Assembly (NCBI GenBank): GCA_040285855.1
Contig: JAUFOQ010000013.1
Coordinates: forward strand, 2,046,001 to 2,110,000
DNA from: Eukaryota sp. GEM-RC1
Taxonomy: Eukaryota
Reading direction: 5' to 3'
Length of the DNA stretch: 64,000 nt
Shown here: in pieces, positions 12,636-26,039 of the stretch
Layout: each line of letters opens with the position of its first letter
Position numbering within the stretch: the first letter of the stretch is position 1
Position numbers and translations under genes: made by a program
Notes under the pieces: generated by a model
Told to the model about the DNA's origin: nothing
The model's input: the letters and a program-made list of their open reading frames with translations, nothing else
Database searches by the model: none

Positions 12636-13815
12636 GTGAGAAGATTTAATGCCGGTAGAAAAGTGAATTTCGTCTGTTACACTTCATTTATATGTGTGTT
12701 GTCAGAATTCTCATTTCCTCCTTTCTCACATCTTTATCTCTTCAACGCTTCACTTCACTGTTTTTTGTTTTCTTGGTTAAATTGGTGTTAGTTTGAAAGA
12801 GAAAAATTCCATTTAAAATAGAAATACAATCGTGCACAGTTGATTGCGAAAAATCAGATCTTTTATCAACATATACTAATATAGAAAATGTAATATGCCA
12901 CATTCTTCACACCCACTTTGCAGTTCTTCTTAGGTCAGCTACCGCTCCACGAATTCCGCTCAAATTAGTGATAGCGACAGTACATGTACCTTGAAAAATC
13001 TATATTTATTAGTACCTATTTTAGTCAAGGATTTACTTAGTCGACGTTGTGAAACAAATCAAAATATATGAAAATTGGTAACCAGTCAAAAATTCTAAAA
13101 ATATTAATAATTCTAAAAGTGTGAATAATTCAAGTAAATCGTCGTTCAATGATCAATTGTCGTACATGTGTTTACTCTTCTGCTTCAAAAACACGTGTTT
13201 CTTCTTCTTTTATATTAATAAGCTATTAGCTGATGTCCGCTCTTGATCCAACATCCCATACCTTGGCATCTCGTCTACGCCGGTCAATCAGTACAAATTA
13301 GTGGTTACTCTTGTTTTTTTCAAAAAACTGCGTGATCATTTGGACTACATTGGAATGATCACGAACTTTTGATTGAATGATTACTAACGATCTAATTAAT
13401 TAAATGTTTCGTAAGTAAAATGCTGCTGTACGATTGCAATATCTTTTCAATGAAGACTAATTTTTTAATTCTCCACAAAACTTCTAAAAGATTAGATTCG
13501 TAATAGATAGATTAGTAATCATTATACAAAATGAACTAAAGAGATCTTTGTATTAATGGTTCTGTATATTGTTGTTTCAAATATTTCAAAATGGGTCGAA
13601 TTATTGAAAATAATATTTTAATATTTTAATTAACTAAAGAAAAGTACTGTAGGTTTATCTATGGATTTTTCCTTTTACCTCTTGCTCCGAATCTTTCGAA
13701 AAACTTATGTCATCAAAACTTCGTCCACATGCAAATATTACACGTCGGAATTAACTCGAAAATTAGTTGTTGTTGTCGTTGTTCATCACACTAAATTTTA
13801 AAGTATTGAATTAAT

Positions 13816-15447
13816 TTAACCAAATCCAAACATTTTACATTCATCACAAACATACATCTTACTATCTTCCGGCAAAACTCCTACACATTTCGAATGGAAA
13901 TCACAATGACACTTACTACAAGAAATCACCTCAGAAGATCCTTGGCCCATGCAGATACATAGAACTGAATTCAAATGTGGAAAAGAATTGGTAAACGATC
14001 GGAAATCTGTTGATATGTTAGACTTTTTTCTTCTCTTTTACGCCGGTTTGCCTGCGTTTAATAGAATTATTCGAACTTTTTTCAATAATTGATTCTTTTA
14101 AATCACTTGCTTCAACCACCTCAACAGTTTGAGTTTCTATTGATGACAGAGAACACGTCACCATGGACAAGAAAGGCAGTTTCTCAATTGAGAGCGATTG
14201 ATTACGATCTTTGGGAACGGGATTGATTGACTTCGACTTGGAAAGTTCTTCACCCAGGTCAGATATTTGACTCTCCAAATGAGTTTTTTCACTTTTAAAT
14301 ATTTCAATCATTGCTTCGTTGTCAGCTATCTTACCATCAAGTAATGTCATTCTTGAGAGTAAGTCTAATTTCTGACTGGCACAATCACATGATTGCATGT
14401 GGACAGTTTCAATCAATTGTCTCAAATGGGAAGTTTTCATTTCCAAATCAATAGTAAGTTTGCAATTAGTTTCCGTAAGTCTTTGAATTTCTTTAAAAAA
14501 AGTGTTTGAGCATGACTCAGCGTGGGTCAATTTCTCAATCAACTCGTCATCTTTCTGATTGAAGTTTGCGACTACAATTTCATTATTTGCATTTCTTTCC
14601 ACCAATTTTTGATATCTTTTTTCCAGATGTGAATATTTCAATTCAAAATCAGACGATGATGTCATTTTTTGATTTAAATCTTTTTTCATTTTAGTAATTT
14701 GTTTTAGAAAACCAGTTTTTTCCTCTTTTAACCGCTCAATTTCTTCAGTTTTAGTCTTGGAAATTCTTTTCAATGACGTCATCAAGTCAGATGATGACGT
14801 GATTTTTGATCGAAACCCCTCAATTGTTTCATTATTCGTCTCAATTGATGCTCGCAATTGGTCAAGATGACCATTGGATTCAGATACAGAAGTTTTGAAG
14901 TTCAATATAGAGTTTTCCAACTGAGCGGTGTTTTTGATGGTGTTTTTCAAAGTGTTTTTCAATCTAGAATAATCCTCGGAAAGTTTTGAAATTTCTTCAG
15001 ATAGTTGAACTTTTCGAGACCCAATTGTTGAATTTTTAATGATTGTTCCTCAATGTACTTATCCTTATTAGCAAGGCTCAACTGATGACGATTTTCAAGC
15101 GAAGTCAAAGTAGATGACGTTGTAGATTCTTGGTCAGATAGTTGTTGCTTCATGTCAGATAGTTGATCCTGCAGATCCTGTATTATCAGTTGTTGTTTCC
15201 CATGTCCATTCTCAAAGGAGAAGAGACGGGAAGACAGGGAAGCTGAGGTTTTCTTGGCATCGAAGAGATCTTTACGAAGAGATTCATTGTCTGACAAGAG
15301 GTCATTGAATTTAGTGGCAACGGAATCAAGAAGTTGAGTGGAGAGAGAGTTTTCACAGTTGGGGTGGAGCTGGGGTCTAGGGGCTGTACGAAGCGGGGAA
15401 GCGGACATCAGAGAAGTAATTACATCAGAGAAGTCGTCAGGGGACAT
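13816..15447 (-). CDS. Long coiled-coil protein with C-terminal PHD finger
   Basis: ORFs 14959-15447 and 14018-14962 join by adding one A in an A-run. One more A at about 14025 extends the frame into 'LCICMGQGSSEVISCSKCHCDFHSKCVGV..YVCDEC' (C4HC3); stop at 13816. Confidence 0.75.
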
Positions 15448-15519
15448 TGAGAGTCTCAGCAGAAAGGGTAAGAGAGAAGTGCAGGCAAAATTATCTTTTC
15501 ACCTCTCTTTGTCTTTGTC

Positions 15520-16047
15520 ATGACCGAAATTGAAGATTTATTTCTGCGTAACAGGCCGAAAATATGGCTGCTTCATTCAGAGCTAGCTCAAGCTGGAATC
15601 ACTGATCAATCCATCAATATCCTCATCGATGAACAGTTGCTGATCAAAAACTATATCACAGAACTTGATCAATACATATACTCTTTCTATCATCATCCCG
15701 CTACTATGGACAGGGAGCAACTCAACCAGCTGGGAGAAGATTGTCTAGCTCTTCAAAATGAACTGGCCGAAAAGAGCAACGATTTCTGCGTTGACGAAAA
15801 GCTAAAGGAACTAACTCCAACACTGAAAGAGCTGAAGGTTGAACTCTTCCGTATAATCAAAACCAAATTTCAGAAGCCGAAAGCCAATGTCCAAGATTCC
15901 AATCTAAGTAAACAAAAGCACTCATTGATGCATGATTATAATGATATAAGGGACTTTGTGTTGCATCATTTAAATCAGTTGGCAAATAAGAGAGGTGTAA
16001 CGGTGAAAAGTCTTTATGAAGAGTTTGAAATCCCTTTTGAGAGTTGA
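15520..16047 (+). CDS. SWI5: Swi5/Sae3-family DNA repair protein
   Basis: C-terminal Swi5 motif 'HSLMHDYNDIRD..LNQLANKRGVTVKSLYEEFEI'. Confidence 0.8.
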   Translation: MTEIEDLFLRNRPKIWLLHSELAQAGITDQSINILIDEQLLIKNYITELDQYIYSFYHHPATMDREQLNQLGEDCLALQNELAEKSNDFCVDEKLKELTPTLKELKVELFRIIKTKFQKPKANVQDSNLSKQKHSLMHDYNDIRDFVLHHLNQLANKRGVTVKSLYEEFEIPFES

Positions 16048-16741
16048 GGTGTCATAACACCGTTTCTTCTACTATTGTTTTTGGACATGGAAAAACATTC
16101 TTAAAGTGAATCTCGTAAACTCAACAAAACAAGGCAATTCATTTATAATTCTGGTTTTAATTCATGTATTACAGTATCCTCTTTTACTCTACTTGTCTTT
16201 TCGTATACAAGCAACTGTAGATGTGTTTGTCCTTGTCTTTAATTTGATGACAAAACAACAAATTCTGGTAAAGCAGATTATAAATAACTTACACTCCCAA
16301 ATTTTAAATTGAACAATATTGTATGACTCATTAGCAGTTTCTTCTTCAACAATCGTCTTTCAACAAATCAATCAATGACGTGATAGAAATTGGTGAAAGA
16401 TACGTACATACATGCAGATGCTTAAATTAATGAGTGGAAAAGAGAAGGAAAAAAAGGTAAGAATCACTAAACATTTAGGATTGTTTAATGCAGTTGTAAT
16501 TTATGTAAATTTATAAAGAATCAAATTATATCACTGACACAAGACTTGTTAGAAAGATGCAAAACCTGTACAAGTACGAAACTGTATCTAGGATGGGTTT
16601 TTGTTTAATCGATTTGTTTGCTCATGGAAAAAGGCTACATAATTGGTAGTACAAATACATGTAAACAAAACATTTTAGAGATAAATAAAATACAATTGTA
16701 AAAATGATACAACAAAAAAAGAAATAATAATACTCACAGAT

Positions 16742-19576
16742 TTAAACCGACAATAATCGAGCGATATGTTCAGTTTTTTCTTTTGCTTCAGATAAAATTT
16801 CTTCTTTAATGTTTCCACCTCTTTTAAATATTTTTTCAAAACAATCTAATGCTTCTTCATAATGGCCAAGACCAAAATAACAATTACCAGACAAAAGCAA
16901 AACCAACACGTCATCATGATAACTTTTGACCCGTTTGAGTAACTTTAATGCAAACGAATAATTTTCAAATAATATGAAACTCTTCCCCAAATCTACCAAT
17001 ATTTCGGAATTATTTAGACCCAATTTTAGAGCTTCTTGGGCATACAAAAGAGCATCTTCTTGTCTAGAACCGTCAAATAAACAAATATAGGAAAGATTTC
17101 CCCAGACTTCTGGTGAATCAGGGTCACAATCAAGTGCCTTTTTGATTGCTGTTTCCGCATTAGGAAAGTCGTTCAAGTACAACCAAGCTTTAGATAGAGA
17201 ACGCCAAAAATAGGGGAAATTGTGGGTAATTTTGAACAATTTCGGTGCACAAATTACAAGCATCTACAGGGGAAAAGTAAGAAGAAGTTTTTGTAACAAT
17301 AGAGAGACCATAGTGTAATAAGGAAGAACAAACTCAAACTCCAAATCAAAAGACAATTTTAAATTTTCAAATATTTCAACATCATTTTGACCGCTTTCTA
17401 TTTTGACAAGACCATCCATGATTAATCCTAGATGATTTTCTTTAACATTGACCATCAAACAATTATCCAAATGTTGCTTAACTAGTTCAACATTACAATT
17501 ACTGGCAAAACTGTTTAATGCCAACAAAAAGTGGACCAAGGCAGTGTTACCTCTAAGTTTAAGTTCTTCATTCAAAATAGTTTCTCCTAGGGAATAAAGC
17601 CCAATTGATGAAAAGAAGGTGGAAGCAACCAAGAAAGGGGAATCTTTTAATTGTGAATCATTTTTTAAAATATTGAGAGATAACTCAACATCACTTGATG
17701 AAGGAAGAATTTTGGAGAATTCATGAGAATATAAAGCCATTTGCTTGATATCCCCAGATATCGAGTATAACACGGTCAAAAGTGCAATAGGAAGGAGCTG
17801 ATTGAATTGATCTCTATCACCAATCAGAAGAGGAATCAAAGAGCAATCAAAATTGAGTTCGTCCTCGTGATACTTTTGATAGAGGTGGAGAAAAGCGTTT
17901 TCCGCCATTTTAGGGTCATTTCTAGATAAACAAAGAGACCCCAAAACGGCAAGTGAAACGTGATTTGATTGATCTGCTTCAAGTGAGTTGCGGAAACACT
18001 CTTCTGACTCGGTCATATTTGATTGAAGGGCAAAACAAAGGCCTAAAAGAGCAGATGATTTGGAAAGCAATGACGAATTTTTGAGCTTAACTGAATCACC
18101 GACTAATTGTTGAGCTCTTAATTGAGCTGATTGCAGGTCGGATTGATAGACGTAATCAAGAATGATCGACTTTTGTCTATCAAAGTCATTTGATTGTTCA
18201 GCATTAGGAGAATTCAAATATTCAGCGAAAATATCGCTAGCATTCTCCAACAAAAATTTGTAAATATCTGAACAATTTTCAAAATTCAAATTATGAATTT
18301 CGGCAAGCTCAGTGCTACTGGAGATGAAATCTTCTAAAAAGGACGTAAATTGACCAGAAGAATTGATTTTGTACAATATATTCTTACGTAAATCCTCATA
18401 ATCAGTCGTAAGTGATGAATTTGGATCAATATTCAGAATTTCATTGACTGTTACACTAATTAAATTATTAACATTGTCTTTAAATTTAGACAAAACAGCC
18501 TGCTGTGCGATACGATTTTGATGTAATTCTTGTTCAAACTCGTCCTCAATTTGAGGGAAAAAGTCCTTTAAATTGGTGATTTTGGGAGAAAACACATTCT
18601 GTTTTTCAATCAATGGAGAAGAAATTTTGAAGGAAATTTTAAAACTAGTATTGCTAGCACCATAAGGGTTACCAGATTCTTCCTGGGAGTTTAATTGAAA
18701 CTTTTCAGTTTTCTTCTTTGGATTTTGTACATCCGTTAAATCAATGTTTCTATTTTTAGTAACAACTCCACCTTCCAGATCAAAATCAAGTAATCCTGGT
18801 TCAATCAGTTTGGACAAATTTAGCAAGACTTCACCATGGTAGAGCTCATCGACAACCGACACGTCACCAGAATCTCCACTTTTGGAATTTTTTCTGATAA
18901 TTTCAACTGGAAACGTGACATTCTGAACTCCTGCTAGTATCAACTCTTCGCACGCAGATTCCCGTAGATAAATTTGTTTTGCGGAGGGTGACGTCATCAC
19001 ATTTGAAGAAAGATCCAAATTCAGAGGAAAATCATAGGAAAACTCTTGGTTCTTAAGTGATGGAAATGAAAACGCAAAGCTGTAGGCATAATGACCAGAC
19101 TTATGATCTTCAAGCAAACGTGATGGCAGAGATTCCACCACAACAGACGAGACTTCTATTGACTTCCACTGACCATGGTCTGGGTCCAATGGAGTATCAG
19201 AAGAGACTTCCAGGTATAAGGATTGAGATGAATCGTCATCAGAAAGAGAGATCCATTCAGAGATGGGAACGTCATTGATAAGAGAGCTGGGGGAGAAGAG
19301 GAGTTGGTGGAGGATGGTGGGAGGAGAGGACTTCTTCTTGGAAGAGGACTGTACCGAAAGAATACGGATGTCGAGAGATTGAGAGACTATGGAATTAAGG
19401 AAGGCTTGATCTATGGAAGAGACTGAAAACGAGTGGGAAAAGGCATATTCTGGTGATTCTGAAGGAGGAACTTCCTCTGATGTTGATTCTTGTCCACAAA
19501 AGAAGACAGAAAGACAAGTTGGTTGGGAAGTATTTAGTGACTTCACCACAGGAATGCTAACAGTGATGGAAGCCAT
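16742..19576 (-). CDS. CFAP70: Cilia- and flagella-associated protein 70 (TTC18)-like, C2-like N-terminus and TPR C-terminus
   Basis: 'YHGEVLLNLSKLIEPG', 'LYKINSSGQF' and C-terminal TPRs. ORFs 17264-19576 and 16742-17263 join through compensating homopolymer indels. Confidence 0.7.
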
Positions 19577-19954
19577 TGTAGTTTAAAGATTGAGATTGGA
19601 CTTAAACGTGTTTTGTCTGGTATTGTTCCAGCATGTGTAAATCTGTTGGAATAGTTTCCTTTTAGGACCAGGTCTGGCTGATTTGTTTGATGATACGGAT
19701 CAGGGATTGGAATATATATATATTTATTGTCCACCAACATTATTTATTGACAATAAGAGAACTGGAACAATATGGTATTGTTATTGTGAACAATAAATAT
19801 ATATTTATGGACAATATATTGCAATATTGGAAAATACAAACATAATGGAGTTTATTTGCAGCAACATTTTTTTCCACGAGTTGAAAATTCTGCCAATTGT
19901 TTGTTCATTCCAGAAAGAAGGATTGCAAAGTAAGAACTATTGATTTTCTATGAT

Positions 19955-20035
19955 AAACGGAACGGGGTTTATGATCAGTCAGTGAAATCAATGCATATGC
20001 AGGAGTTAATAACTAACAAATGATAAACTGATCTA
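19955..20035 (-). mobile_element. Short 3' end of retrotransposon family D
   Basis: Reverse complement reads ..ttcactgactgatcataaaccccgtt ccgttt, matching 51479-51545. Confidence 0.7.
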
Positions 20036-20954
20036 AAGCATGTCAATAATAACCTAAAGTGAGTTCTGTGTGACTGAAGAGCCTCTCAACTTCATAGGAG
20101 GGTGGGTGAATGATTGAAAATTCAATGTAATCTGAATTGCTGGTGCTTGAAACAATAAGTTGACAGTCGAAGGCGAATGTAGAACTCACTGTATGGTCTT
20201 GTTTAGTATACTTCTTCTTAAGGAGGCGACATCTATTCTATTAAACAGTGTTTTCTCTCACAAAGATTCTATAAAACACTGATGTATCAATTTTTTCACT
20301 TCATTGTATTGCAATAACTACATGTAACAATCTCGAAATCAGCAAACGCGCATTCGAAAACACTGAACATCTTAATATATGTAGAAATGACCCTCAATAG
20401 CTCTTCGATAAAACCTAATCCTTAGATTACATCCCTGGAAAACATATCAAAAATTGAAGACGATACATCTTCAATGCCTCATGCTGTCTGCTGTTTTAAA
20501 AGTACTTAGTATGTTCTAGGAGGACAAGTAAACAAGATCACAGATTTCATGTCAGGATTCTTCACAAAACAACATATTGTGAGGATTCATACGAGAACAG
20601 TTATTGAAATAGGAAACCAACTCAGCAGTCAAAACGTTATCTTCTTCATCCCTAACAATGAGCAAACTCAAAGCTATTCGTCAATTTGAAACGTCTTGAC
20701 ACATATCGTCATCATTGGCCATGGTGTTGTCTTAGTTTGAAAAGACAAATGAACGTATTACCTATAGAAATAATCCTGATAGAGTAAAGTCGCTCTGTTG
20801 GAAAAGACTGAGGCTTAGAAGTTGAGGAAGACTTACCAAAAATTCAACACCAGTTCTGCGTGGGCTTTTTGGTCTTTCCAATCCTTTTTCTCATCAACTG
20901 AAGTTTTTGCACAACTATTGACACAAACATTTGGTTCTTCTAGTTTTGTGCAAA

Positions 20955-21860
20955 ATGTACAAACCTCTGTTCTTCGGACGAATTACACCTGAACCCATAT
21001 CTCAGCAACTCCAGACATTTTCCTTCTCTTCATTGTTCTACATCATTCTGATCATTGCTTCGTTTGTCCTGCCGCTAGTCATTCCTGCGGCCCTTGATGT
21101 TCTATGGATCAACAACGTACCAACTGTGATACATCCTTCTACCAGGTATAACGGTGAATACATTTGCATGTTTCATTCTTCTACTGGAACATCTAGATAC
21201 TCCAGCTCCTCCATAATATTAAATCAACTGCTAGATACCAGTTTCCTACCTATTGGTGTTCATAGTAGCCTTGACCCACAATACGTGTCCTTTAACATCT
21301 CCATTCCGTCATCTTCTTTCGTTGTTCAATCATACACGTGTATTTTTGGACTTCTTACGTATGTTGACCATTTCTTCCTTAAATCTTCGTCTATTCTCCC
21401 TCTAATTCTCTCTTCAGATTCGTCATTCTCTCAGTCTTTTCATGGTGGTAGTCTCGAACTTAAACAAGTGGATTCCTCCATTGCTGAAAGGTTTCCACCA
21501 ACTGAATCATTATGTGAACTTGGTCTTGGGTTTCTTTGTTCAAAGTCACCAAAGTTTTCTTCTGATGATATTTTTAAATTTTTAACAAATTTGTTTCATC
21601 AACGATGGAATATTTTCTTTGACTCTACTGAGCTCAAATATCACGTTCCCTTAATGCCAAATTCCCCCCAAAATATTTCTTCTTTTTTTAAAATTATTCC
21701 ATCAACAGTATTGCGAGCTCCAACATTAATTGAGTTGTTGTTTAATGCTGGTGTTAAGTATTTTGTTCTGTTTTCAGGTTTTAAGTTTTTGTTTGGGTTT
21801 TTGTTTAAGACATTGATTCGTCGGGATATTCTCAAAGTTTGTAATATAAAACGATTGTAG
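20955..21860 (+). CDS. TMEM231: Ciliary transition-zone protein TMEM231-like
   Basis: N-terminal TM 'FVLPLVI..LWIN..HPSTRY' and C-terminal 'PTLIELLFNAGVKYFVLF..TM' match the TMEM231 layout; about 300 aa. Confidence 0.7.
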   Translation: MYKPLFFGRITPEPISQQLQTFSFSSLFYIILIIASFVLPLVIPAALDVLWINNVPTVIHPSTRYNGEYICMFHSSTGTSRYSSSSIILNQLLDTSFLPIGVHSSLDPQYVSFNISIPSSSFVVQSYTCIFGLLTYVDHFFLKSSSILPLILSSDSSFSQSFHGGSLELKQVDSSIAERFPPTESLCELGLGFLCSKSPKFSSDDIFKFLTNLFHQRWNIFFDSTELKYHVPLMPNSPQNISSFFKIIPSTVLRAPTLIELLFNAGVKYFVLFSGFKFLFGFLFKTLIRRDILKVCNIKRL

Positions 21861-22149
21861 GCATTTCAACTGAAGCTGTTCTCTTAACAATTTAAAAATA
21901 TTTAGAAATATCAGTTCAGTTCACGATTAAAGAAATCGTGATTAGATCAATTAATTGTCTCACCAGGTTGCCACGTGTCACAATCTTCTTAATTGTAACA
22001 AGTTAGCTGAATAAACATCATTTCCGAGTTTCATCATTACTTGAAATCTTTGTGAAGATTCTAAAACAAAAAACATCAGGGATTTTGATCTTCGGTTTTG
22101 GTTGTTGTTGTTGTTGTCAATAAAGATTTAACATATTTTACAGTATATT

Positions 22150-23660
22150 GAAATTTGTGCGTTATTTGTTTTTTTGGTAAAAAGGAAGATATCGTCAAAA
22201 ACCTTGATGATTATTTGAATTCGATTCAACAAGAGTTGGATAAGATTAAAGTTCTTGAAATTGAAAAACATTTAAAATTCTTCATGCTCAAAATTTGTTA
22301 TTCTGGTTAAATTACTCATCTTTTAAGATCCCTTGCTATTGAGTTATCGTATGATTTCTGTAGAGCTTTTAACAAAATTCGCACAGACTTTCTTTCATTT
22401 CTTCTTCAAGTCAACCCCAATATTTTAAATAACCACACATTTTCCAGTCCATATCTTGGAGGTTTGGGATTTACATCTTCTAAATGGTGGACTAAAGCAG
22501 CTTTTATTGGTGGTGGAAAGAATTTTGTATTCGATTTTTGTAATCGATATCCATCCAGAACTTCTCTTCTTGAAAGTACTAGCAGCTTTTATCTTAATCA
22601 TCTCCGTGGTGAAATAGGAAATCTTTCTCCTGAGCTATGGTCAACTTGCTTTCCTATTGATATCAAAGAAATTCCATGTCGAAACATTTTGTCTTTAATG
22701 TTTGCTTTAAAAAAGTTACAAAATCATTTATTAAAATATTTTGAAAGTTTAGATTTTACAGTCCGTCTTAGCTCGGCCAAGGAAAAAATCCAGCTTTCGC
22801 TAATTTTTTAATTGATTTAAAGGAGAGTTCTGCTGTGGCATTAAATAATCAAATTCCACAAGTGTATGGTTTGTTATTAAATGATCATCAATGGACCACT
22901 ACAATGAGACGTCGTTGTTATTTATGGCCATACAATTTGCCAAATGATCTTCAATGTAGCTGTGGATAACAGTTAACGTTTTCTCATCTGTTAAGTTGTA
23001 ATCGCTACATAACTTATCGAACGTGTATGCATGATGCTGTAAGAGATCAAATACATGCTATGTGTAAGTCTTACAAAATTGAGTCATTTGTTGAACCACT
23101 TCTAAGATCTTTAGAACCATGTAATAATTGTAATGTCGAAAAACAGAACCAATTTTTTCGTAAACGAAGAGCAGATGTTGTTGTCCCTTCTTCTTCAGAC
23201 AAATTGTTTGTTTTTGATGTAGTGTCAGTGGATTTTTGTAAAAAGACATCTTTAAAGAATGCTTACTCTGAAACTTCCCCTTTAGACATTTCTGAACAAG
23301 CCAAGCAGGATAAGTACAAGAAACCATTGATGGCTTTAAAACATGTTGAGTACGAATTATGCCCTTTGCTGTTTCAATTTATGGACGTTTAGGAAAAGTG
23401 TATTGAATTTTTTAAACGATTTCGGAAAAATCGTAAAAAATAGGATGAACAAACGTTTTGATCATATGTTATGGGTGGTTGAATCGGATCGTTTTTACTG
23501 TTTTTTAAACAATTCCCCTAATCATCTCCAAAGCTTTATTAGCAGTGAGTTCCTTCTATGAGGACAAAGCAGTTGCAAGGTTCGATAGCGACGGGTGTTG
23601 TTTTAATGATATCAAATTTGAGTTGTTTGAGCTACTACATTTATAATAAAAGAAAACAAA
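22150..23660 (+). mobile_element. 5'-truncated, decayed CRE-like RLE retrotransposon (family B)
   Basis: Post-RT 'GGLGF', then 'HDAVRD..VEP..RRADVVV..FDVVSVD..EQAKQDKY' (RLE). Confidence 0.85.
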
Positions 23661-23928
23661 AGTACCAAAAAGTATATTGAAATTTGTGTTTGTTCCATTT
23701 CTAATTTCCTTTTGATAGTACATCATTGGTGAAATGGCTTCTCATTTTTCAATATACATCATCAACATCATACTTACACATTACACTTATCTACTCTTAC
23801 TATATATTCTTCAAAGAACATGATCTCTTGTAAACAACAAATTTCCTATTTTCTTCCTAAGTTCCTACTTAATCCCTTAATCCCTACTTAATTACACTAC
23901 ACTGTAGTGACTACAGTACATTGATAAC

Positions 23929-24056
23929 AAAACGGATTTATGTGCGGAGAAAAACACACAACAAGAAAACAACAAGTAAATAAAGACTATTAAAACAAAC
24001 CACCTAATTCCGAAAAGTCGTTACCACCAAAAACTTGGACAAAATGGAATCAACAT
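23929..24056 (-). mobile_element. 3' terminal fragment of T-tailed family E
   Basis: Reverse complement matches 59342-59482 and ends ctccgcacataaatccgTTTT. Confidence 0.8.
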
Positions 24057-24077
24057 GCAATGTAGATACTACATGTA

Positions 24078-25067
24078 CAGTCTTCCCCCGGTTTATGTCC
24101 AATTCGGTTTATGTCCAAACTCGGTTTATGTCCAAAAATTTTCCTGTCCGACTTTTGTTGATCGATCTTCTTCTCTCCGTTGATCGTTCATCGACCGATC
24201 TCTTTTCTATCGACATATGCAATAAACACACTTACATTCTATAGTCTTTGACTTCACATTTGGAGCCCAACACCGACCTTTTCTTCTCTTTACACACTTT
24301 CCTTCTGAAGATGTTGTACAAAGAGTCGTATGTGTTATCTAGACACACTCAACACCAAATCACGTCAAAAATGTCCCACTTCCATTCTTCCTCTGTTCTC
24401 ATCCTTTGTTTTGATATATATAAGGGTAGGACTGGATGCGGACACAATTTGGTATTAACGGCAACATTTTCCGCCGTGACCGGACGACGGCTTTAGTAGA
24501 GACGTTTTGCTGGAGGTAGGTGATACCAAGAACATTAGATGAGCCCATATACCCTCTCAGGGGTTAGAATATCCTTCGTCGTGAAGGCAACCACATGTTC
24601 TTCCTTTTCGTTGACGCTTTTCGCTGGTCTATCTCCGTTTTCATTCCTTCAAACGCTTTCTACACGCCGTTCTCATCTGATTTCTCTTTTCAAATTCTTT
24701 CTTTGGGAGGAGATTTTGTCTTCTCCAAGCCTTCTCTTTTGTTATGATGCTCCTTCAGTTATCTCAGATGTACTTGCTGTCTTGTGTTCATCATAGCTAG
24801 CTCTTCTTTGTTTACTATAACATCATGAATCATGTCAAATTTGTCAATGTGTCACTGCCTTATCGTTGAACCCCCTTCTCTCCCGTCTCACTGTGAACGG
24901 AAACCCACCAGTATCATCAGTCGAATGGCCCGCATTTTAGCTTTTCTTTCTCATTACAATAAAGACCCATATATATCTGTTCACTCTGCACCGAATCAAC
25001 CCTCGGTTTATGTCCTAATTCGGTTTATGTCCAGTCCAAGAGGTGGACATAAACCGGGGGAAGACTG
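24078..25067. mobile_element. Non-autonomous pogo/Tc1-mariner-type TIR element
   Basis: TIRs cagtcttcccccggtttatgtcc / ggacataaaccgggggaagactg; subterminal cggtttatgtcc repeats; TA on the left flank only. Confidence 0.8.
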
Positions 25068-25160
25068 TCTGGGTAGTATCAATAAGTTCAGTTTCTATTA
25101 ATAGTGTGGTCATTCTGGATTCCCCTCATTCGTCTTGACAATTACTGCTGATCACTCGGA

Positions 25161-25685
25161 ATGGGAAATGAACCCAGCAAAGCTTCATCGGAGGAAGTTA
25201 TCTCTGTTACAGCCAAGCAACGACCACAAAAGTCTGCTCATGCTGATTCTCTTTCACGCCTTCCAGTGGCTCAACGTCTTCTTTCTCTCGACGACTCCCG
25301 TCCTTTTAGTTCTCTACCTAAACCTTACATGTCCTCTCTAAAAGTCCAGCTTCTTGATCATTTAGAATTTTTCTCTTCCTCTATGACTGATATTGCAGCA
25401 ATTCAGGATTCAATCTCACCAACATTACACTCTCTTGTATCCTCCACTCTTCGCTCTTCTCAACAAATTGCTGATAAGAAACGTGAATGTTCTCTTGATC
25501 TTCTGAATGAGTTACGAAGTCATACCAAGATGATCAATCAAGATGTGCATAAAGTTTGTCTAAAAGTAGAGAATTGCCTGCGTTTGATTGATGAGTCATC
25601 AGAACTTATTAAAATTGCTGCTGATGAAGATTTTGAATCTTTCGGCTCATTTTTAAAAAGAGGAAAGGAACTGTTGGATGATTGA
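25161..25685 (+). CDS. Small N-myristoylation-candidate coiled-coil protein, BORCS5/LOH12CR1-like
   Basis: MGNEPS start, 'EEVISVT..DSLSRLPVAQRLL', C-terminal coiled coil, 174 aa; resemblance by eye only. Confidence 0.4.
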   Translation: MGNEPSKASSEEVISVTAKQRPQKSAHADSLSRLPVAQRLLSLDDSRPFSSLPKPYMSSLKVQLLDHLEFFSSSMTDIAAIQDSISPTLHSLVSSTLRSSQQIADKKRECSLDLLNELRSHTKMINQDVHKVCLKVENCLRLIDESSELIKIAADEDFESFGSFLKRGKELLDD

Positions 25686-26039
25686 ATGGAAACTTAAGAT
25701 GTTTTGGGACATTCTTTAGTTCTCTATAATTTAAATAATTTGTCACAAGAATTGACCAGCAATAATTTTTAGAAGTTCTTGTTCGCCGATTCCAATTTTA
25801 ACTTCTTTTTTGATCTTAATTTTTGAAAAAAATAATGAATTTTCTATTTGTACAGTCTGCCCTCGGTTTAACATTTGTATTTATCCAATTGACCCAGAAT
25901 CTCGAAATTGCAGGTGCTGAATTTTAATTTTGATCCGTAATTATGAGTTGTTCTTGTATAATATAAACAACATGTCATTTTGAATATTTTGAATATTTGA
26001 GCAGCGCAACTTTCTCCATTTATAGCCATTTAATAGTCC

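Noticed and set aside
14959..15020. Programmed ribosomal frameshifting to explain the many split host genes
   Set aside because: Breaks fall in A, T or C homopolymers, go in both directions, sometimes compensate each other and share no slippery motif; long-read indel error is simpler. Short-read polishing would settle it.
19701..20438. Possible hAT element between cagggat and atccctg
   Set aside because: The inverted match is only 7 bp and there is no TSD; probably a lone hAT-like end.
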